From a virus (lineage: Duplodnaviria > Caudoviricetes), in the IMG/VR virus record IMGVR_UViG_2974731583_000001, positions 34,668-98,667 of that record: a DNA stretch of 64,000 nucleotides; one strand, given 5' to 3'. Positions 57,385-64,000 of this stretch are shown piece by piece (position 1 is the stretch's first letter; every line of letters begins with the position of its first letter). Below the pieces are notes generated by a model. That model was not told the origin of the DNA, did no database searches, and saw only the letters and a list, made by a program, of their open reading frames with translations. Both the position numbers and the translations under genes were made by a program.

Positions 57385-59585
57385 TATCGTTATTGATTAA
57401 CTAACGATAAGATTAATAATATGCTACTTCAAAAGGTGTAGCGTTACCTTTGAGATATGATAGTTTAACATCTTGGCTCAAAGGCTCTCGGATGTCTTTT
57501 CAATTTTTATATACATCTTTACCCGTGCTTATGAGAGGGATGTTTTTGGTAAATCCATACAGGTTGTTTCCTAGCTAGATAGACTTACACAACTCGAAGT
57601 TGGTTCTTTCTATCGGGGATCAAACGGTATGATCAGCTATGCCCGTCATTAGGAAATTCTTCTGTCTGCGATAAAACTGCAAACATTGATGTTGTACAAT
57701 CAAGTACAAAATTTACTAAGATCATTTTGTTTATTTTTTGTAAAACAATAATAGACAATTTAATGCCTACTTCTTAAATGAACCAACTAGTGCTAAGCTT
57801 TCGCATCCTAAACGGCAAAATTTTGGTTCTTCCCACGAAAGTTAGTGATATCTTTAGCGTATTTTCCAAGTATGCTTAGATTCACCACGATTGTTATTTA
57901 ACCACAGATTTTCTCTAATGTTGTCAACATTTTCACACATCCAGATTATCAGGAATGTGATTAGGCTGTCGCTAATTTACCTTTTCCTACTTAACGTGAG
58001 GAGTACGTTTCTTTATCGAACAGTCTCACCTTCAGGGGGGTCAACGACTCTACGGCTTGATTTTTTATCTTGGCAAGTGCTTGCCTCTTTGTTTATAGTG
58101 CACGAATACTGGAGGAATTCCACCTCATACCTTATCATGCTTGTCACCCACTTATCTTCTTTGCACATACCTCGAGACAGGAGGTAGTGGTTCCTGCATA
58201 CGATTATATCACTGCGTCTAATCAGTTGATAAGCTGCCCATCACATTTTTGGTATACGACTTTATACTTTCCACCCACATAGATTTGCGGTCTATGCTTC
58301 GCTTCGTTTCGTATTCTGTCAATTATTTCTCAGTCACGGTTGGCACTTGACACCGACTCAATCAAAAAATGGCTAATTTACTATCCATACAACGGTAGTT
58401 AACGGCTTATTATTCCGCTTATAATTAACGTAATTTGTCTATCGGGGGACATGTCGTTAATAATGTTATTTATAATTATTCGCGTTGACTTATTTTCATA
58501 GAAACCATCTTAGCTTAAAGTTATTATTCATATTTAGTATATAACACAAGGTCACGTGTGTTCAGGGACTAAGTAGTATAGCAATAACAGTAGCGATTTC
58601 TATTATTATCCGTCTAAGCATGTATCTGGATCTCTTTCAATACTGGAGTGTACTGTGTCGAATCGAAATACATAAATGATATTGGTTTGGTTGGTTAATT
58701 GTCAGGTAATTATCCTTATTGCTTACCACAGCTTTTTGGTTCTGTGGGGCATTTTTAAAATAGACAACATTGTTCGCTTACCAACAACATTGAATTCACG
58801 TCAGCCTTTGAACGCGGGCTCTTCGTCGCGTAATCACTATTGATTTCAGGTCTGCATTACCTGCTGGTCATTCCACTTTTTTATCCCGCATGAACGAACA
58901 AGGCCTGGCGGTCACACTTCATCGTAATTCAGCCGTTTTACCAACTATATCCCCTGCGCGTGTTAACCAGAGGCACCAGATTTGCACTGGACTGGACTTA
59001 CATAGGCGACGTAGTTACGGTACATCCTGTAAGTATTATCCTTACAGTATTGTTTACTCTGTGTATTTTTTCGGACCTTTATATTGGCGTTGGAGACCAA
59101 AAACACTATCCTACAGCTTTTATTGGTTGATACATCATATAAGGGTGGGATGCCTACTTACTCTAGTCATACGTCGATATCATTGCAGACAATGCCATAC
59201 CATGTACATTCTCTCCCACAACGTAGGTTTTCAGTATTTTCTTATATGTTTCAGCTCGTGTACGTAATTCTAAGGATGTATCAGTCACTTAGATTTATCG
59301 ATACGGTTCATTTTTGCTCTTCTTGAGACTTACGGGTCTTTTGTTATTATTCCATCACCAGACGGTTCTCATGGTAACAAGGAGGTTGATACATACCCTT
59401 ACTCCTCTTACTGTTTGCTTTTCAACTGTACAACAAAAACAGAACAAACAGCATTTCATCCTACCTTTTGGGTTTCTCACCCTTTGAGAGGGCTAACATA
59501 TTCTCAGATCAAGTATTGTTGTATACGATGGTCCTGGGCTAATGAGACCCACTATTTTTAGCGTTCCACACGCCCGACCAAAGGA
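57385..59585 (+). ncRNA. Candidate very large structured non-coding RNA (~2.2 kb)
   Basis: No credible ORF in a genome that is otherwise packed. More than 25 hairpins, many with G-U pairs that form only on the + strand. Confidence 0.5.
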
Positions 59586-59589
59586 AGAA

Positions 59590-60042
59590 TCAGTGTGGAA
59601 TACTATCCAGTTTGGTAACTGTATAATACTCCACAGACGTGTCGTCTTCACAACACGTCATTTTTGCCAGATAATACACTGGGCGATCAACATATATTGT
59701 ATCACCCCGTGTTCGATTTACTCTTGTGCGTTTTTTAGTCGCGGTGAGTTTAGTTCTCGTTGCCTTAACTTTCTTCTCCAGCTCTGTTATACGAGACTGC
59801 AGAGAATCGGTGTTTATTTTAGGAGTGTTTACCACTTCCTGTGCACCTTGTTTTTTCGCTTGGTCTAACAAAAGATCCAAGGGCATTGACATTTTTGAAT
59901 CAGTTGACATATTCATTGCCATAGTTGGCAATGTTGCCGCAAAGGCACCATTCTGATTGTCGTTTGTTGTTTCATGTAGTGCAAGTCCTATTCCAAAGAT
60001 TGCAAACATCATGGAACACAAAATAGATGTAAATTTTCTCAT
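59590..60042 (-). CDS. Membrane-anchored/secreted protein with coiled coil, 150 aa
   Basis: N-terminal hydrophobic segment (MRKFTSILCSMMFAIFGIGLAL) and TDSLQSRITELEKKV coiled coil. Confidence 0.7.
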   Translation of the reverse strand: MRKFTSILCSMMFAIFGIGLALHETTNDNQNGAFAATLPTMAMNMSTDSKMSMPLDLLLDQAKKQGAQEVVNTPKINTDSLQSRITELEKKVKATRTKLTATKKRTRVNRTRGDTIYVDRPVYYLAKMTCCEDDTSVEYYTVTKLDSIPH

Positions 60043-60140
60043 AACTTTGATAGTTTTTGATTACTCGCCCCAGAAGAATTTGTCGATTCTGTTCTTAACG
60101 GCCGTCATAAAGTCGCGAGACTTTTTCTTAATGACGGCAA

Positions 60141-61553
60141 TTATTTTTTTGAACCTTCCTCTTTTGCAGGCTCTTCAACCTTCTCTTCTGTAGACTCGTT
60201 GGTTACAATCAGTTCTGTGATATTGCTTTCTTTGTAAGCAATGTTCTGCTGCAAAGGATCACGGAACATGTTGATGATTACACCAGCATACTGTTGCATG
60301 TTGTGGATAAGAGAATCATGTTCAACCTGCTTAGGTGTGATTCCACGATAGTAGGTCTTCATGATTTCAGAAGCAGTTCGGTGAGCGGTTTTGTATTCTT
60401 CGTGCTCACGATTGTCGTATGCTTCTGGCAGAATGTCAGCAATTGCGGTAGAAGGATCTGTTACAAATGAAGAAACTTCCTTGTAACTTTCGATGCAAGA
60501 CTTATATGTCTTGATCTTTTCATTCTCCTTTTCGATTGCTTTGGCGTTCTGCTTCTTGTTCTTGCTCAAAGCCTTGATGTTAGCCTCGCATGTAGCGATT
60601 GACTCTTCATCAGCTGTGATCTTGGAATCTGCATTCCAAGTTACAAGAATCTTAACCATAGATGCTACTGCCGAATCATCGATAGTAGGATGGCCGGTGG
60701 TTTTGTCAAGCGTATTGTTGCGGAACATGCAGAAAGCCGCCACAGGGCTCTTAGTAGTTGCCGTCGCCGTATACAGAAGGTTTGAAATTCCGTGCATGGA
60801 GAATGGACAGGGGCCAATAATCTTAACCACGTCTCGAAAGAGTTCCTCATTAGAGGCATCCGATACCTTTTTCTTGGCGGCCTCATCGTCGCCTGCACGA
60901 AAGTACAAATAGTCACGATAGAACTTAATCAGGGAAAGAATTCTCGCATACGGACGCGCATCTTCCTTGGTAGAGGCAAGAATATATATTCCACCTTTAC
61001 GCACTCCCTCTTCAGTAGTTACCTTTGAACCATCTGTCTCAGGAATTTCTTCTGCAATGGCGTTCTCCTTTTCAATAGACGCCTTGGTTTCCTTAGATAC
61101 AGTTATTGCTGTACTAGGAAGTTCGATGTTTCCATTTACATCTGGTGCTGGAAGCGCCTTAGTATCCAAATGGATACCAACTTCTCCGCTAAGTGCTACA
61201 ATATTATCTACTGTGCTCTTAGGAAGCAGCATTGTAAATGGATTCTTTGCAAGAGTAATCTCGCATGCGAGAGCTGCTACTTGCATCACAGCATTAATCT
61301 TATTAATACTGTTTACTGTTTCTTGTGGCATACCTGTGTGGTTGGCTGCCATAGGATCTTTACGGAATGTCTCGTGCATTACGGTAATAAGATCCATACG
61401 ATGGTTAGGATCCAGACCTGCAACATGTACTGCCATTTGCTCTGGAGACATGTTTGTCAGATTTTCCATCTGCTCAGAGGTTACTTTACTGTTGTCAACC
61501 TTCTGCTCTACTTTAGGAGCCTGTGCTCCCATTTTTCCTGTTTTCTTACTCAT
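60141..61553 (-). CDS. Hypothetical protein, 470 aa (497 aa, ending at 60061, if -1 frameshifted)
   Basis: Long clean ORF ending on A-AAA-AAA-TAA followed by a hairpin. Confidence 0.8.
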   Translation of the reverse strand: MSKKTGKMGAQAPKVEQKVDNSKVTSEQMENLTNMSPEQMAVHVAGLDPNHRMDLITVMHETFRKDPMAANHTGMPQETVNSINKINAVMQVAALACEITLAKNPFTMLLPKSTVDNIVALSGEVGIHLDTKALPAPDVNGNIELPSTAITVSKETKASIEKENAIAEEIPETDGSKVTTEEGVRKGGIYILASTKEDARPYARILSLIKFYRDYLYFRAGDDEAAKKKVSDASNEELFRDVVKIIGPCPFSMHGISNLLYTATATTKSPVAAFCMFRNNTLDKTTGHPTIDDSAVASMVKILVTWNADSKITADEESIATCEANIKALSKNKKQNAKAIEKENEKIKTYKSCIESYKEVSSFVTDPSTAIADILPEAYDNREHEEYKTAHRTASEIMKTYYRGITPKQVEHDSLIHNMQQYAGVIINMFRDPLQQNIAYKESNITELIVTNESTEEKVEEPAKEEGSKK

Positions 61554-61620
61554 TTTGATAATGGTTTTAAGAGTTAAATAATGTTATTGACTATAATGAA
61601 CCTTTGCCGGAAAGTAACTT

Positions 61621-62049
61621 TCATGAAGTATCAAACATGATATTCTTTATTATGTTACTCCGTGGCATATGTTCATTATATACCCTCATTGGTTGATCTC
61701 GCTCTTTTGAGCGGATCTTAAACAAAGTATTATATCCTTCTACCACATCAAGTGTGTAATCCTTACTTGCAGGGACAGCATCTGTCACATGCATATTGGC
61801 GATCATGATCAAATCGTTTGTAGTAGGTTCTAATGAACTTAACGACTGATCTGATACCTGCATGGGGCACACTTGAGTAATAGAAGAATTAGTACTTTGT
61901 TTGTCGTCCTGGATGTTACGTACAATCGTTGCTATTGCAAAAGCGGTACACAACGAAATAAGCAACTGCCAGAACAGGCGATCGTCTTCGTTATATCGTG
62001 CGATAAGAACGATAACAATCACTGCTAGAACGAACAAACTTAAGATCAT
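61621..62049 (-). CDS. Two-TM membrane protein, 142 aa (possible anti-sigma partner)
   Basis: Two N-terminal hydrophobic helices. ATGA overlap with the ECF sigma stop. Confidence 0.65.
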   Translation of the reverse strand: MILSLFVLAVIVIVLIARYNEDDRLFWQLLISLCTAFAIATIVRNIQDDKQSTNSSITQVCPMQVSDQSLSSLEPTTNDLIMIANMHVTDAVPASKDYTLDVVEGYNTLFKIRSKERDQPMRVYNEHMPRSNIIKNIMFDTS

Positions 62050-62609
62050 AATTCTTGTTTAAATTGTTTTTGGATTTTTTTGCGAGTCCTAAACAACAAT
62101 GACTTAATAGTTCCAGTTGGGATATTTAAGGCCTCTTTAATTTGAGATACTGTTAAATTATCTATGTAAAATAATTCACATACTTGTTTTGTCTGTTCCG
62201 GCAATTTTTCAAACTCTTCAAGTATGTTTTTGTAAGTTAGACGATTTACCATTTCGTCTTCACTTCCAACAACAGCATTACAACTGAATCCTTTATTTTT
62301 AAAGTTTTCAATCATTCTACTATTGCTTTTTACTTCACGTAAATAATCTATAGCAACTCTGTTAGATAAAACTCTTAACCATCCACCAAACGATTCATAT
62401 TCGGTGAATGTCGAGAGCTTTTTGTAAACCTTTAGAAATACAACGTTGGTGATATCATCAGCTTCGTCTGGATCCTTTATATAACTAAATAGAATTTTAG
62501 ATACAAAAGATCTATATTTCTGAAAGATTTGAGAGAACGCAGATTCATCACCTGCTTGGGCTCTTTTGATTATCCCAATCTCCTCTGGGGTAATACGTGG
62601 GGTTTTCAT
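62046..62609 (-). CDS. ECF-type (sigma-70 group 4) RNA polymerase sigma factor
   Basis: GDESAF..IF.KY; A.DI...VFLKV; F.GWL.....VAIDYLR; LP.....V..L......T..QI...L.IP.GTIKS.LFR.RK. Confidence 0.9.
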   Translation of the reverse strand: MKTPRITPEEIGIIKRAQAGDESAFSQIFQKYRSFVSKILFSYIKDPDEADDITNVVFLKVYKKLSTFTEYESFGGWLRVLSNRVAIDYLREVKSNSRMIENFKNKGFSCNAVVGSEDEMVNRLTYKNILEEFEKLPEQTKQVCELFYIDNLTVSQIKEALNIPTGTIKSLLFRTRKKIQKQFKQEL

Positions 62610-62745
62610 AATCAAACAAACAATATGCTAGATAAACTAGGGTGGTTATTAACCGTACGTAACGATGTTCAGACACCAGCTGTTTTAGTGGGGATATTAG
62701 GTTTCGCTCCTGTGACAACATAAATTGTCTATATCCCCAATATTG

Positions 62746-63192
62746 CTAAAATGGTAACATATCGTCCAATAACGAATTTCTCAAATCAGCAATATTTGCA
62801 ACAAGTATTTCATGGAACCATAATGCATGACGCTTGCTAACAAAATTCGCCTCTTCAAGTTTATTCAACATGCATGTCGCTATTCGCAATCTTACATTAG
62901 TTGAATAAACCGATTCTGAGCATCTTAACACGATGTTTTTGTTTATCCATCGTATTAAAAGCATCAGGTGATGATTTGTTAAACATTCGTATATATAATC
63001 ACAGTCTGTGAAATACTCGTCTTTAGTTAGAGGACTTATACATACAACATGATGATCCGACAATACGGGATCATACTCGAATTTACTTTTTGCTGTTGTT
63101 AGTTCTCTCATGTGATCTAGAGCACTTTCTATAGTACTCTCATTTCGCCGAGAATATCTCGATACTAGATAATTGGAAAATACACCGTACAT
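62746..63192 (-). CDS. Hypothetical protein, 148 aa, ends DDMLPF-TAG
   Basis: Own ATG with A at -3. Acidic-aromatic C-terminal tip followed by TAG. Confidence 0.6.
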   Translation of the reverse strand: MYGVFSNYLVSRYSRRNESTIESALDHMRELTTAKSKFEYDPVLSDHHVVCISPLTKDEYFTDCDYIYECLTNHHLMLLIRWINKNIVLRCSESVYSTNVRLRIATCMLNKLEEANFVSKRHALWFHEILVANIADLRNSLLDDMLPF

Positions 63193-63195
63193 AAT

Positions 63196-63696
63196 CTACT
63201 TAGTGTTGCCTTCGATGCAAGAAATTAAGAATTTTGCTAATCTTTTTCCTTCATCGTCGGAATAATCTGGGAAATACTTAGTTGACATTTCTTTTATGAA
63301 AGAATCTTCTTCATACTTTCCAGTCTTACGAGAGATGCTATACATATTTTCTATGTAAGCATAATTTACTGAGAACCAATCCACCCAGTTGTCGACCCAA
63401 TTCCAATAGAATTGTTCTTCATCTGTTAGGTTCTCCCAATCAATTGTTTTGTGAAAATCAAAAAATCGGGGTTTTCCTTTTTTAAGACCTAATAAGGCAC
63501 GAGTCACTTGCTTCTTGTTGTCCTTTTTTGTAGATTTGATAGTACCATTTTCTAGTACTTCATCACCTACTATACTTACAAAACAATCATACACGTGGTT
63601 AATCCATCGTTCTTTTGCTTTACACCATTTTAGTGCAAAGTTTACTACTTCAGGACATCTATCTCGAAGCATTTCTTTGTATCCTTGTTTCTTCAT
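63196..63696 (-). CDS. Hypothetical protein, 166 aa, ends in TAG
   Basis: Starts 4 nt after the tRNA-Leu 3' end. Confidence 0.65.
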   Translation of the reverse strand: MKKQGYKEMLRDRCPEVVNFALKWCKAKERWINHVYDCFVSIVGDEVLENGTIKSTKKDNKKQVTRALLGLKKGKPRFFDFHKTIDWENLTDEEQFYWNWVDNWVDWFSVNYAYIENMYSISRKTGKYEEDSFIKEMSTKYFPDYSDDEGKRLAKFLISCIEGNTK

Positions 63697-63700
63697 ATTG

Positions 63701-63786
63701 TGCTCTAAGCGGGATTCGAACCCGCACGACCATTACTGGTCAAGGGATTTTAAGTCCCTCACGTCTACCACTTCCATCATTAGAGC
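63701..63786 (-). tRNA. trnL: tRNA-Leu(TAA)
   Basis: GCTCTAA/TTAGAGC-A acceptor, AGGGA-CT-TAA-AA-TCCCT anticodon arm, long variable arm, GCGGG-TTCGAAT-CCCGC T-arm. No encoded CCA. Confidence 0.95.
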
Positions 63787-63787
63787 T

Positions 63788-63990
63788 ATTAAAAATGTTG
63801 ACCGCATTTCACAACGAAGCCAACACAAAAGTATTATGCCTAATAAGAATATTTATATCGTGGACCAGCTAGGGCTTGAACCTAGGACCTCCAGATTATG
63901 AGTCTGTTGCTCTAACCAACTGAGCTACAAGTCCTTATTAGATGATTGCCACATTAAAAACACTAACCGCGTTTCACAACGAAGTTAGTG
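63788..63990 (-). repeat. Two copies of a conserved hairpin upstream of each tRNA (63796-63825 and 63961-63990)
   Basis: Shared core TTCGTTGTGAAAYGCG closed by different but pairing 7-bp stems, each followed by TTTTTAAT. Confidence 0.75.
63861..63934 (-). tRNA. tRNA with CAT anticodon, most like Ile2 (lysidine-modified); Met not excluded
   Basis: GGACTTG...TAGCTCAGTTGGTTAGAGC...CAGA-CT-CAT-AA-TCTG...CTAGG-TTCAAGC-CCTAG-CTGGTCC-A. Confidence 0.9.
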
Positions 63991-64000
63991 GTCGTAGCAA

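Noticed and set aside
57891-59326. ORFs 57891..58187, 58070..58282, 58890..59267, 59084..59326 as genes
   Set aside because: They overlap each other, are rich in Ser/Leu/Tyr/His/Cys, and have no recognisable motifs or phage-like codon bias. I did not exhaustively exclude small code-15 ORFs here.
57385-59585. Group I/II intron as the explanation of the long non-coding region
   Set aside because: Flanking genes are complete, there is no maturase or homing endonuclease, and I could not find a convincing domain V or P7 core by eye. A covariance search is still warranted.
63787-63860. HDV-like theta ribozyme downstream of the tRNAs
   Set aside because: The sequence following each tRNA 3' end is an AT-rich spacer or a start codon, with no recognisable nested double pseudoknot.
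46317-63901. Plus-strand track ORFs opposite the early genes and tRNAs (e.g. 56902..57384, 60967..61581, 63515..63901)
   Set aside because: Antisense shadows of well-supported - strand genes or tRNAs.

Overview
About 64 kb of a crAss-like phage genome (order Crassvirales, probably a Bacteroidota host) made of two convergent transcription units. The + strand unit (<1-44580) is the late/virion module and uses a reassigned code: TAG reads as an amino acid, most likely Gln (code 15). The dozens of short ORFs in the supplied track join in frame across TAG codons into about 19 tightly packed genes that all end in TAA or TGA. These are the scaffold, major capsid, ring/tail proteins, auxiliary capsid, holin, spanin, IHF-like protein, tail tube, muzzle, cargo proteins, a 6,386-aa virion RNA polymerase polyprotein and a 2,281-aa cargo protein. 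The - strand unit (44635-64000) is the early/replication module in the standard code: nucleases, primase, SSB, Sak4-like ATPase, DnaB, PolB, an ECF sigma factor, hypotheticals and two tRNAs. Two of its genes end in TAG. Most notable findings: (1) a ~2.2-kb ORF-poor, hairpin-dense region (57385-59585) that looks like a giant structured RNA, probably antisense to its neighbours; (2) a family of mini-tRNA/tmRNA-like elements punctuating the early operon; (3) a NADAR + DUF1848 + SLOG(ASCH-inserted) module array at the C-terminus of the injected RNAP polyprotein; (4) a strong -1 frameshift signal at 60150 that adds an amphipathic tail; (5) a TAG-separated in-frame gene pair that would fuse once amber suppression is on. 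All domain calls come from motif recognition by eye; no database searches were run.
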